A stretch of 64,000 bases of DNA. It comes from Coriobacteriia bacterium (GTDB lineage: Bacteria > Actinomycetota > Coriobacteriia > Anaerosomatales > SLCP01). This document shows, piece by piece, positions 27,300 through 36,224 of the stretch. The translations under genes were made by a program, and so were the position numbers. How positions within the stretch are numbered: position 1 is the stretch's first letter; every line of letters starts with the position of its first letter. The notes beneath the pieces were generated by a model, which had not been told where the DNA came from, searched no databases, and saw nothing but the letters and a program-made list of their open reading frames with translations. The stretch covers positions 472-64,471 of the forward strand of contig JACUUN010000002.1 of NCBI GenBank assembly GCA_014859265.1, read 5' to 3'.

Positions 27300-28574
27300 A
27301 TGCAGCCGCTCACCATTCACCCACAGAGAAAGCCCCGGACCCTGCGCGGAACCCACGCCGCATGTCTGCGTGTGCTGTTTGCAGCGAGCCTGATTCTGGG
27401 CCTCACGACGCCTGCCTCCGGGGTGGTCCGTCCGACCGACACCGTGGGTGATGTCGCTGTTGCGGATCTGTCGGTCGAGCCCGCTGCCAAGGCTCCGAGT
27501 CTTGATGCGGCTGCGGGTGTCCTGGTGACCGCGGATGGCCGGGTGCTCTGGTCGCGCACACCTGATGAGGAGCGCGCGATGGCGAGCACGACGAAGATCA
27601 TGACGGCGATCCTTGCCCTGGAGAATGCGGGTCTGGACGAGCCGATCCTGGTCTCGCAACGAGCCGCGACGATAGGGGAGGCGGCGGCCCGCCTCAAGCC
27701 GGGTGCAACGTACCCGCTCAGTATGCTCCTCGAGGCGATGCTGGTGAAGTCGGGCAACGACGCCTCGATCGCCGTTGCGGAACACATCGGCGGCAGCGTT
27801 GACGGGTTCGTGACCATGATGAACGACAAGGCTAGGCAACTCGGACTCGAACACACGTCGTTCGCTAATCCACACGGCCTCGATGCGCCAGGGCACTATA
27901 CCAGCGCGAGGGATCTCGGCACGCTGGCCCGCTACGCCATGAGCAACGACGAGTTTCGTCGCATGGTTGTGCTCGGAGAGATTGTGGTAGACGGCGATGC
28001 TGGGGCGCAGGAGTTCGAGAACAGCAACCTGCTGATCGGCACGCTCGAGGGAGCGACCGGTGTAAAGACCGGGTGGACGAGCCGCGCCGGGTACTGCCTG
28101 GTCGCATCGGCCGAGCGGCGCGGTATCGAGCTCTTCGCAGTGGTCCTCGGCACGAAGGACGAGATGGAACGCTTCCAGGAGGCGGGATTGCTGCTGGAGT
28201 GGGGGTTCGTCCACTACGCGGAGCGAAGGCTGGCCGAGACCGGGGAGGTGCTCGCGGTGGTACCGGTTGCAGACTACCTGGACTTGACCATCGACGCTGT
28301 TGTCGGCATCCCGGCCACCTTACCGGTGTTCGACCTTGCCGGAGAGGTAACCCGTACGGTGAGCGTGCCCGAGACCGTCGATGCGCCGATCGCACGGGGT
28401 GACCGATTGGGCACACTCTCACTAGTGCAGGGCGAACGTCTGATAGCACAGGTGCCGCTCATTGCCGTGACGGATGTCAGGAGGCCCACGCTGCCCGAAC
28501 GGTTCTGGATTGCATTAGTCAGGGCATGGAGATCGCTGTTCGGGACCGCGGCGGAAGTTGTACCGGCGTCGTAG
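27300..28574 (+). CDS. D-alanyl-D-alanine carboxypeptidase (S11, PBP5-type)
   Basis: Start trimmed to ATG 27300. Signal peptide; motifs SxxK (ASTTK), SGN (KSGND), KTG (VKTGWT). Confidence 0.85.
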   Translation: MQPLTIHPQRKPRTLRGTHAACLRVLFAASLILGLTTPASGVVRPTDTVGDVAVADLSVEPAAKAPSLDAAAGVLVTADGRVLWSRTPDEERAMASTTKIMTAILALENAGLDEPILVSQRAATIGEAAARLKPGATYPLSMLLEAMLVKSGNDASIAVAEHIGGSVDGFVTMMNDKARQLGLEHTSFANPHGLDAPGHYTSARDLGTLARYAMSNDEFRRMVVLGEIVVDGDAGAQEFENSNLLIGTLEGATGVKTGWTSRAGYCLVASAERRGIELFAVVLGTKDEMERFQEAGLLLEWGFVHYAERRLAETGEVLAVVPVADYLDLTIDAVVGIPATLPVFDLAGEVTRTVSVPETVDAPIARGDRLGTLSLVQGERLIAQVPLIAVTDVRRPTLPERFWIALVRAWRSLFGTAAEVVPAS

Positions 28575-28614
28575 ACGGGTGAGGACGTTAGAGCCACACG
28601 GGAGGAGGGGGCGC

Positions 28615-29760
28615 ATGAGCGAGTTGCTGGCGAGGACTCCGCTGTACGAGGAGCACCTGGCCCTCGGGGCGCGTATGGTGCCCTTCGCCGGCCACGAGAT
28701 GCCGGTCCAGTACACGGGAATCAGGGAGGAGCACGAAGCGGTACGCTCCTCGGCAGGGATCTTCGACGTGAGCCACATGACCGAGTTTCGCGTCTTCGGG
28801 TTCGGTGCCTTCGACTACCTCCAGGGGCTGCTGACGAACGACCTGGTGCGCATCGCCGAGGTCGGTGCCGCCCAATACACGCTTATGTGCGACGAGGACG
28901 GCGGCATCATCGACGACCTCATCGCGTACCACACCGGAGACCTTGAGTATCTCGTGGTTGCGAACGCGGCCAACAGGACGACCGATCTGGACTGGTTGCG
29001 GGCGCACTGTCCTGAGGACGTGACGCTTACCGATCAGATTGAACTGGAACACCACGAGGGCTGCGGCATCGTCGAGCTGGTGGACGAGTCGGACCGCACG
29101 GGGCTGATTGCCGTCCAGGGCCCTCGTGCGCTTGGCATTATCGCTGACCTCGCCGGCCCGGGTTTTCGGGCCCCACGCCGCTTCCACATCGCCGAGGCGC
29201 GTCTCGGCGGCACGTCGGTACTGATCGCGCGAACCGGCTACACGGGGGAAGACGGCGTCGAGATCGTGTGTCACGTCTCCCACGCTGTCGGCATCTGGCG
29301 GGCGTTGTTGAGCTTCCCTGAGGTCACACCGTGCGGCCTTGGAGCGCGTGACACGTTGCGCCTGGAGATGGGATACCACCTGTATGGCAGCGACATGGAC
29401 AGGGGTGTCGATCCCATCTCGGCCGGGCTGGGCTGGGTCGTGCCACAGAAGGGCGCTCCGTTTGTCGGCTCAGATGCGATTGCGCGAATCCGCTCGGGGG
29501 GCCCCGCATCACGCCTCTGCGGAATCGTCGTCGAAGGCGGGATCCCGCGAGCGGGCTACCCCGTGTTGCACGGCGGCGAGGAGGTGGGTAAGGTGGCAAG
29601 CGGTACGTTCTCACCCACGCTGCGCACGGGCATAGCGACTGCATACCTGCCTGTTGCGCTCGCCGAACCCCGGACCGCGCTGGAGGTTGTCATTCGGCGC
29701 AAGACGGCGTCGGCACGGGTCGAACGGCCACCGTTCGTCAAGAGCACCTCTCTATCGTAA
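28615..29760 (+). CDS. gcvT: glycine cleavage system aminomethyltransferase (T protein)
   Basis: Start trimmed to ATG 28615 after [38 protein letters not shown]...GIFDVSHM. Confidence 0.92.
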   Translation: MSELLARTPLYEEHLALGARMVPFAGHEMPVQYTGIREEHEAVRSSAGIFDVSHMTEFRVFGFGAFDYLQGLLTNDLVRIAEVGAAQYTLMCDEDGGIIDDLIAYHTGDLEYLVVANAANRTTDLDWLRAHCPEDVTLTDQIELEHHEGCGIVELVDESDRTGLIAVQGPRALGIIADLAGPGFRAPRRFHIAEARLGGTSVLIARTGYTGEDGVEIVCHVSHAVGIWRALLSFPEVTPCGLGARDTLRLEMGYHLYGSDMDRGVDPISAGLGWVVPQKGAPFVGSDAIARIRSGGPASRLCGIVVEGGIPRAGYPVLHGGEEVGKVASGTFSPTLRTGIATAYLPVALAEPRTALEVVIRRKTASARVERPPFVKSTSLS

Positions 29761-29787
29761 GCAAGGCCCGAAAGGAGCGCACAGACG

Positions 29788-30171
29788 ATGTATCCGAGCG
29801 ATCTGAAGTACGACAAGGAACACGAGTGGGTTCGTGTCGAGGGCGATGTCGCGGTCATCGGCATCTCGCACTTCGCGCAGAACCAGCTCGGAGAGGTCGT
29901 CTACGTCGACCTTCCCTCGGAGGGCGACTCGGTGAACGCAGGCGAGGCGTTCGGTGAGATCGAGTCGGTGAAGTCGGTATCCGAACTCTACACACCGGCG
30001 GATGGTGAGATCATCAAGGTCAACTCCGCCCTGGCGGACTCGCCCGAGACCGTGAACGAGGACCCCTATGGCGATGGCTGGATGATCAAGATCAAGCTTG
30101 CCGACCCGTCCCAGCTCGACGGGCTCCTTTCGGCCGAAGAGTACGAGGCGTTCGTTTCCGAGGAAGCGTAA
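29788..30171 (+). CDS. gcvH: glycine cleavage system H protein
   Basis: YDKEHEWVRVEG..., lipoyl-lysine motif EIESVKSVSELY, 127 aa. Confidence 0.92.
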   Translation: MYPSDLKYDKEHEWVRVEGDVAVIGISHFAQNQLGEVVYVDLPSEGDSVNAGEAFGEIESVKSVSELYTPADGEIIKVNSALADSPETVNEDPYGDGWMIKIKLADPSQLDGLLSAEEYEAFVSEEA

Positions 30172-30178
30172 AGATAGG

Positions 30179-31558
30179 ATGCGGCACATCCCCGTCACGT
30201 GCGACCAGCGCGAGGCTATGCTTCGCGCGGTAGGCTGTTCCAATATCTCCGACCTGTTCGCCGACATCCCCGAAGAGGTCAGATTTGCCCGGCCGCTCGA
30301 AGTGCCGGGTGGCCTGGGAGAGATGGAGCTGCTTTCGCACATGCGCGGGCTCGCCGACGCCAACAAGCCGGCTTCCGGGCTGGTCAGCTTTGCGGGCGCC
30401 GGCTGCTACGACCATTACGTGCCTTCGATCGTCGACCACGTGCTGCGCAAGCCCGAGTTCTTCACGACATACACGCCCTACCAGCCCGAGGTGAGCCAGG
30501 GCACACTGCAGGCCATCTACGAATATCAGTCGATGATCTGCGCGCTTACGGGTATGGACGTCGCGAACGCGTCGATGTATGACGGTGCGACCGCACTTGC
30601 CGAAGCGGCGATGATGGCGTGCCGCGTTACCCGCCAGCGCCGTGTCGTGTGTGCGGGCACAGTCCATCCGGAGTGGCGGCGCACGCTCAGCACATACGCC
30701 GGAGCAGGCACCTTCGACGTGACCTTCCTTTCACCCGACGAGACCGGTCTCACTCCGGGTATGGGCCATTCCGCCGCTGCATCTGCCCTCAAGAACGGCG
30801 ATGTTGCCGCGCTGCTTATGAGCAGCCCGAACGTCTTCGGCAACGTCGAGGACGTCGGTGCTATTGCGGCCCTGGCGCACGATGCTGCTGCGCTGCTTGT
30901 CGTCGGGACGAACCCGCTCCTTCTCGGCGTGCTCGAAGCGCCGGGTGTGCAGGGCGCCGACATCGTGGTCGGAGAGGGGCAGCCGCTCGGCAACGCCATG
31001 AGCTTCGGCGGTCCAGCATTCGGCTTCTTCGCTTGTCGTCAGGCGCACATGCGCCACATGCCTGGCCGTCTCATCGGCCGGACGGTCGATGTCGATGGCA
31101 ACGACGCCTTCGTGTTGACGCTTTCGACCCGGGAGCAGCACATCCGTCGGGAGAAGGCGACGAGTAATATCTGCAGTAACCAGGCGTTGTGCGCGCTCGC
31201 GGCAGCGGTCTACCTGTGTGCCGTAGGTCGTGAGGGTCTCGCCTCTACCGCGCGAGCCTGCATCGCCAAGGCGCACTATCTGCGCGACCGGTTGCTGAAG
31301 ACGGGGCGTTTCACAGCGCCCTGGGATGCGCCGTTCGCGCACGAGTTCGCGCTTGTTTACGACGGTGACGTTGCGGAGATGCACGCGGCCATGCTCGAGT
31401 TCGGCTTCTTGGCCGGAGTCCCGCTCTCACGCATCGAATCGGCCGGGCCGGCCGGGCCCACCGCCAAACTTGCGGCCTCCCTCGTGCTGTTCGCGGTTAC
31501 GGAGAAACGCACGCGCATGGAGATGGACGCGTTCGCCGGGGAGGTGGCGTCCCTATGA
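30179..31558 (+). CDS. gcvPA: glycine dehydrogenase (decarboxylating) subunit 1
   Basis: Start trimmed to ATG 30179 (MRHIPVT). TYTPYQPEVSQGTLQAIYEYQ motif. Followed by subunit 2 with an overlapping stop/start. Confidence 0.92.
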   Translation: MRHIPVTCDQREAMLRAVGCSNISDLFADIPEEVRFARPLEVPGGLGEMELLSHMRGLADANKPASGLVSFAGAGCYDHYVPSIVDHVLRKPEFFTTYTPYQPEVSQGTLQAIYEYQSMICALTGMDVANASMYDGATALAEAAMMACRVTRQRRVVCAGTVHPEWRRTLSTYAGAGTFDVTFLSPDETGLTPGMGHSAAASALKNGDVAALLMSSPNVFGNVEDVGAIAALAHDAAALLVVGTNPLLLGVLEAPGVQGADIVVGEGQPLGNAMSFGGPAFGFFACRQAHMRHMPGRLIGRTVDVDGNDAFVLTLSTREQHIRREKATSNICSNQALCALAAAVYLCAVGREGLASTARACIAKAHYLRDRLLKTGRFTAPWDAPFAHEFALVYDGDVAEMHAAMLEFGFLAGVPLSRIESAGPAGPTAKLAASLVLFAVTEKRTRMEMDAFAGEVASL

Positions 31559-33051
31559 CCGAGAAGCTTGCACACACCCCCGGGTCCGCACCATCCCGCG
31601 GTCCCCGCAGCCTGATCTTCGAGACGGGTGCACCTGAGTCGCGGTGCGTGATGCCGCCCGCCCTGGACGTGCCCGAGATCGACCTCGATGCGGCGTTGGG
31701 TGGCGCGACTCGCAGCGAGCCGCCGGTACTGCCCCACGTCACGGAGGTCGAGATCGCGCGCCACTACGCCCATCTTGCCTCGATGAACTTCGGTGTCGAC
31801 TCCGGCAGCTACCCGTTGGGCAGCTGTACGATGAAGTACAACCCGCGTGTGAACGAGGATGCCGCCCGGCTCGAGGGCTTCTCCGGTCTTCACCCGTATC
31901 AGCCCGAATCCACCACCCATGGAGCCCTCGAGCTCATGGTAGGACTTGCCGACGCGCTCGCCGAAGTCTCGGGCCTGCCCGGCGTCACGCTTCAGCCGGC
32001 AGCCGGTGCGCACGGCGAGCTGACGGCTCTCATGTGCTTCCGTGCGTACCACGTCGACTGCGGGGATGCGCGCAGTCGCGTTATTATTCCCGACTCGGCT
32101 CACGGCACCAACCCGGCCACTGTCGCAATGTGCGGCTACCAGGTGACAACGGTGCCGAGCGATGCCGACGGCGGGGTCGATATGGACGTGTTGCGCTCGG
32201 TGCTCGACACCGACGTCGCGGCACTCATGCTGACGAATCCGAACACCCTCGGGCTGTTCGATTCGAACATCCTCGAGATCACCGAAGCGGTGCACGCCGT
32301 CGGTGCACTGGCGTACTGCGACGGCGCGAATTTGAACGCGATTATGGGCATCTCGCGTCCGGCCGACATGGGATTCGACGCGTTACACATCAACCTCCAC
32401 AAGACCTTCTCGACTCCTCACGGAGGCGGAGGACCCGGTGCGGGGCCGGTGTGCGTGACCGAAGCGCTCGCGCCTTACCTCCCCGGACCCGTGCCCTTCC
32501 GTCGCGAAGATGGCTCGTACGGTTTCGCGCAGCCGGCCAGCTCGATCGGCCGCGTCCGTTCGTTCTACGGCAACTTCGGCATCCTCGTGCGCGCCTACGC
32601 GTACGTGCGTGCGCTGGGTGGCGAAGGGCTGCGTGAAGTGAGCGAGCAGGCGGTCCTCTCGGCGAACTATCTCAAGGAGCGCCTGCGGGAAGCGTACGAC
32701 CTCCCGTACGACCGCACCTGTATGCACGAGTTCGTGCTCTCCGGCTCGCGCCAGAAGCGTGAGTACGGCGTGCGCACCTTCGACATAGCGAAGCGCCTGC
32801 TAGACCACGGGTTCCACCCGCCGACCGTCTACTTCCCGCTCATCGTGGAAGAGGCGCTCATGATCGAGCCGACCGAGACCGAGTCTCTCGAGGAGCTCGA
32901 CCGCTTCGCCGACGCGATGATTGCTATCGCCGAGGAGGCGTCACGCGACCCTGAGCTGGTGAAGGGCGCTCCATACACGACGCCTGTCCGCAGGCTGGAC
33001 GAGGCCGGTGCCGCCCGCAACCCGGATCTCCGCTACCGCCCGGAGGAGTGA
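31555..33051 (+). CDS. gcvPB: glycine dehydrogenase (decarboxylating) subunit 2
   Basis: PLP-lysine context HINLHKTFSTPHGGGGPG, 498 aa. Confidence 0.92.
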   Translation: MTEKLAHTPGSAPSRGPRSLIFETGAPESRCVMPPALDVPEIDLDAALGGATRSEPPVLPHVTEVEIARHYAHLASMNFGVDSGSYPLGSCTMKYNPRVNEDAARLEGFSGLHPYQPESTTHGALELMVGLADALAEVSGLPGVTLQPAAGAHGELTALMCFRAYHVDCGDARSRVIIPDSAHGTNPATVAMCGYQVTTVPSDADGGVDMDVLRSVLDTDVAALMLTNPNTLGLFDSNILEITEAVHAVGALAYCDGANLNAIMGISRPADMGFDALHINLHKTFSTPHGGGGPGAGPVCVTEALAPYLPGPVPFRREDGSYGFAQPASSIGRVRSFYGNFGILVRAYAYVRALGGEGLREVSEQAVLSANYLKERLREAYDLPYDRTCMHEFVLSGSRQKREYGVRTFDIAKRLLDHGFHPPTVYFPLIVEEALMIEPTETESLEELDRFADAMIAIAEEASRDPELVKGAPYTTPVRRLDEAGAARNPDLRYRPEE

Positions 33052-33881
33052 GCCCGGTGCGACTCGCCTGGCGTCTGATGGTGGACGACGACCCGGGCGG
33101 TGGCGTGTGGAACATGGCCGTCGACCATGCCGTCCACTCCGCATGCGCTGCCGGCCTGGTGCCCCCGACGCTGCGTATCTACACGTGGAGGCGCCCGACG
33201 ATATCGCTCGGCAGGTTCCAGGATGCATCCGATGTCGACCTTGCTCTCTGCGCTGAGCGTGGTGTTGACGTAGTGCGGCGCTTCACCGGAGGCAGGGGAG
33301 TCCTTCACGACGATGAGGTTACTTACTCGGTGGTCGCCTCCGTTCAGGACGGTGTGCCCCGCGGCGTGGCAGCGTCGTACCGCTATCTATGTGCGGGTCT
33401 GGAGGAGGCGTACCGCATTCTGGGCGTGGAGGCGAAGCTGACACGGCGCACTCGCGGTGATGGCGGTTCGGCCGCATGTTACCTGCATGCGACGCCTGCG
33501 GACATGTCCACCGGCTCGCGCAAGCTGTCTGGCAGTGCCCAGGTGTGGTCAGGTGCGACCGTCCTCCAGCACGGCTCGTTCACGATCACCCGGAATCTTG
33601 AGCTTGAGGCGGCGATCTTCCGCATGGATGACATGGCACGTCGATTGCTCACCGTGACCACCGCGACCCTCGAGGATTGTCTCGGGTCGGCGCCGTCTCG
33701 GGACGTCATTGTGGATGCGATTCGCCAGGGGTTCCAGAGAGGAATGGGGATTACGCTCGTGGCAGACCGGTTGACGCAAACCGAGATCGACTATGCACGC
33801 GAGTGTGCGGCCGAATCCGAACGTGAAGGCACCGGGCGTTCCGGACATCCGAACGGGACCTCGGGTTTGAGTGAAGGTTGA
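33048..33881 (+). CDS. lipoate-protein ligase / octanoyltransferase family (BPL/LPL catalytic domain)
   Basis: LRIYTWRRPTISLGRFQ, RRFTGGRGVLHD, catalytic-lysine context GSRKLSGSAQ. Start overlaps the gcvPB stop. Confidence 0.8.
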   Translation: MSPVRLAWRLMVDDDPGGGVWNMAVDHAVHSACAAGLVPPTLRIYTWRRPTISLGRFQDASDVDLALCAERGVDVVRRFTGGRGVLHDDEVTYSVVASVQDGVPRGVAASYRYLCAGLEEAYRILGVEAKLTRRTRGDGGSAACYLHATPADMSTGSRKLSGSAQVWSGATVLQHGSFTITRNLELEAAIFRMDDMARRLLTVTTATLEDCLGSAPSRDVIVDAIRQGFQRGMGITLVADRLTQTEIDYARECAAESEREGTGRSGHPNGTSGLSEG

Positions 33882-33902
33882 GACACGCGCGTGACTTCTG
33901 TC

Positions 33903-33911
33903 TGATACAAT
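33903..33911 (+). promoter_or_regulatory. extended -10 element (TGnTACAAT)
   Basis: TGATACAAT at 33903-33911, ~25 nt upstream of GTG 33934. No convincing -35 seen. Confidence 0.35.
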
Positions 33912-33933
33912 CGAACCATCGGATGGTGCGCCC

Positions 33934-34275
33934 GTGCGGTGCCGACCGAAAGGGGCCTGGATTGTGGGCGACAGCAGGCACGATGACGTGTTGATCGATC
34001 TGGAAAGTAAGAGTAATGACGAGTTGCGCTCCGTACTCAACGAGCTGTACGAGGAGGAGCAGAAGATCTCCTATCGCCGCCGGGTTCTCCACGGCAAGAT
34101 AGATATCCTGAAGGCGGAGCTCGTGAGCCGTCTCAAGGGGCAGCACGACGCCGGCGGTGACGTCATCTCCGGCGGTGACGTCGAGCGGCTCATCGAGATA
34201 CTCGCGAGCGACCTGAGAGGCGTCTCTAATGTGGACGTGGTCGAGCCGCTCGGCGACGAAGACGAGGCAGAGTAG
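33934..34275 (+). CDS. small coiled-coil protein with an RsiG-like c-di-GMP-binding helix motif (function inferred)
   Basis: 113-aa ORF (GTG 33934; alternative GTG 33964). EQKISYRRRVLHGKID (nt 34057-34104) fits E-x3-S-x2-R-x3-Q-x3-D except Q->H. Acidic C-terminus. Confidence 0.45.
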   Translation: MRCRPKGAWIVGDSRHDDVLIDLESKSNDELRSVLNELYEEEQKISYRRRVLHGKIDILKAELVSRLKGQHDAGGDVISGGDVERLIEILASDLRGVSNVDVVEPLGDEDEAE

Positions 34276-34311
34276 CGATCGGCCCCGTCCGGCCGCATCG
34301 GAGGAGGATCA

Positions 34312-34572
34312 GTGCCCACACTGGCAGAGAAGCTGCAGCGTTTCATGGACGACCTGGCCACCGACGCCGTAGAGGAACGCGTGGTCGAGTACGTCATCCG
34401 TGAGGTCCAAAATGGACGCAAGCTGAGCGAGGCGCTCAAGGATCCCTACGTCAAGAACCGACTGAGCGAAGAGAAACTCGCCAAGGTGCTCGAGGCTCCC
34501 GAGGTAGTCGGCGCGCTCGAAGTGCAGATTGCGGAGTCGTTCCAGAAACAGGAGTTCGGCTTCACGGAGTAA
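34312..34572 (+). CDS. hypothetical small cytoplasmic protein
   Basis: 86-aa ORF, GTG 34312 preceded by GGAGGAGGA. Helical, charged composition with no recognised motif. Confidence 0.5.
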   Translation: MPTLAEKLQRFMDDLATDAVEERVVEYVIREVQNGRKLSEALKDPYVKNRLSEEKLAKVLEAPEVVGALEVQIAESFQKQEFGFTE

Positions 34573-34609
34573 CGGGCGATGCAGCCGGCCCGGTGAGAGG
34601 AAGCGTGCC

Positions 34610-35065
34610 ATGACGACATGTCCGGCGTGCGGGGACCATCTGGAGGAGCCCCGTCCTTCTGAGTGTCCTTCATGCGGTGCGCGCCTCGAAGGGGCGACTG
34701 AGGCGTTTGCCCCGATTGGAGCGGAAGACGAACAGGCGGTCGAGGCACGGGCTGCCGAAACCTTTGCAGGCCCTGTCCTGATGGTCCGCAAAGGGCCGGA
34801 GGTAGGGGAGCGCTTGTTCATCGACCGTCCCAGGCTCACCGTCGGCCGGGACCCCGAGTGCGACATCTTTCTGAACGACATCACAGTGTCCAGGAGCCAT
34901 GCGGTCCTCGAGATGGTTGGGTCCGAAGTCTCTATCCGAGATGTCGGCTCCCTGAACGGGACGTATGTCAACGGTGTCCGGGTGGACAAGGCGTCGCTCG
35001 CTGATGGCGATATCGTGCAGGTAGGGAAGTTCCAGATGGTCTTCATGAACCGCGGAGGGTCGTGA
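34610..35065 (+). CDS. FHA-domain protein with N-terminal zinc-ribbon (positional GarA/OdhI counterpart)
   Basis: Start trimmed to ATG 34610. CPACG...CPSCG ribbon. FHA core TVGRDPECDIFLNDITVSRSHAVL...SLNGTYVNG. Confidence 0.85.
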   Translation: MTTCPACGDHLEEPRPSECPSCGARLEGATEAFAPIGAEDEQAVEARAAETFAGPVLMVRKGPEVGERLFIDRPRLTVGRDPECDIFLNDITVSRSHAVLEMVGSEVSIRDVGSLNGTYVNGVRVDKASLADGDIVQVGKFQMVFMNRGGS

Positions 35066-35778
35066 ACCTGATGGCGACACGTGACTACATGACGATCGGC
35101 GAGGTTGTAGAGACCTTGCAGCCTGCGTATCCGGACCTGTCGATATCGAAGGTCCGTTTCCTCGAGGAGGAAGGGCTCATCTCTCCGGAGCGTACCTCGG
35201 GCGGGTATCGCAAGTTCTCCCAACACGATCTCAACCGGGTCGACATGATCCTGCGTTTGCAGAAGGAGCACTTTCTCCCGCTTGCGGTGATTCGCGACAA
35301 GCTTGCTGATTTCGACAAAGGCAAGGTGCCGCCGGAGCTCAGGGGCCCGGGACCGACGGGCGCCGAGCCGGTTGCGCTGCCGTTTGAGGAAGCCGAGCCG
35401 GTCAACCTGGACGATGTTCCCGCTGTCCTTGGTCTGCCCGTCTCATTCGTCCGGGAGCTTTCCGAGTTCGCGCTCGTTGAGATCGTAGAGGGTGAGCATG
35501 GCGAGGAGATCGGTCCCGTGGACGTGCGCATCGCGCATGCCGCGTGGGATCTGCGCCGGTTCGGCATCGAGCCGCGTCATCTGCGCATGTACGAGACGTT
35601 TTCCGAGCGCGAAGCCGCATTCTTCGGCCAGGCCTTGATGCCGGCGTTTCGTCACCGGACCCCCGAGACCCGCCAGAAACTCGTGGAGACGCTCGGCGAG
35701 CTGACCGGACTGACCGGAGATCTGAAGAGCCATCTTCTCAGACGGGCACTCGGGCGGGTGTTCGAGGACGTCGTGTAG
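35062..35778 (+). CDS. MerR-family transcriptional regulator (positional FtsR/Rv1828-like)
   Basis: MTIGEVVETLQPAYPDLSISKVRFLEEEGLISPERTSGGYRKFSQHDL is a MerR HTH. GTG 35062 overlaps the FHA stop. Confidence 0.85.
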   Translation: MNLMATRDYMTIGEVVETLQPAYPDLSISKVRFLEEEGLISPERTSGGYRKFSQHDLNRVDMILRLQKEHFLPLAVIRDKLADFDKGKVPPELRGPGPTGAEPVALPFEEAEPVNLDDVPAVLGLPVSFVRELSEFALVEIVEGEHGEEIGPVDVRIAHAAWDLRRFGIEPRHLRMYETFSEREAAFFGQALMPAFRHRTPETRQKLVETLGELTGLTGDLKSHLLRRALGRVFEDVV

Positions 35779-35783
35779 GGAGT

Positions 35784-36224
35784 ATGACGGAGGACAGCGC
35801 ACACAATCGGGTACCGGAGCCTACTTGCCCGACCCGCGAGACCATCGAATTCGCCCACCCGAGTGAGCGGGTAGCAGCGGAGATTCTCGACTTCTACCGC
35901 ATCCGCTGGGAGTACGAGCCGACCACGTTTCCAATCGAGTGGGATGGGGAGGGGCGGATCATCGCGTCGTTCACTCCCGACTTCTACCTGCCCGACTTTG
36001 ACCTCTACATCGAGCTGACGACGATGAGTCAGAAGCTTGTGACGAAGAAGAACCGTAAGGTCAGGCGCTTGAAGGAACTCTATCCAGAGGTGAACGTGAA
36101 GGTCTTCTACCAGAAGGACTTCCGCATGCTGCTTGCAAAGTATGGCGTAGGCGTCGCCGAGCAGCCGCTCTCACAGGGCGGTGGATTGGCGCCCGGAACA
36201 GCTTCCGATGAGGACACGCGATGA
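35784..36224 (+). CDS. hypothetical protein with restriction-endonuclease-like (PD-(D/E)xK-like) core
   Basis: Start trimmed to ATG 35784. FTPDFYLPDFDLYIELTT...KK resembles a PD...(D/E)xK core, but with T at the usual K position. Confidence 0.55.
   Translation: MTEDSAHNRVPEPTCPTRETIEFAHPSERVAAEILDFYRIRWEYEPTTFPIEWDGEGRIIASFTPDFYLPDFDLYIELTTMSQKLVTKKNRKVRRLKELYPEVNVKVFYQKDFRMLLAKYGVGVAEQPLSQGGGLAPGTASDEDTR

Noticed and set aside
27129-28214. 361-aa - strand ORF antisense to the D,D-carboxypeptidase gene.
   Set aside because: The opposite strand encodes a protein with all three S11 motifs. The antisense translation is low-complexity.
28480-28614. Possible glycine riboswitch upstream of gcvT.
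   Set aside because: Only 40 nt separate the upstream stop from the gcvT ATG. I could not find the conserved glycine-aptamer core (GGAGAG...ACCGAAGGGGCAA-type elements) in the preceding 130 nt.
34309-35271. 320-aa - strand ORF spanning the small-protein/FHA/MerR genes.
   Set aside because: It overlaps three + strand genes that have good RBSs and recognisable FHA and MerR motifs, and it has no motif of its own.
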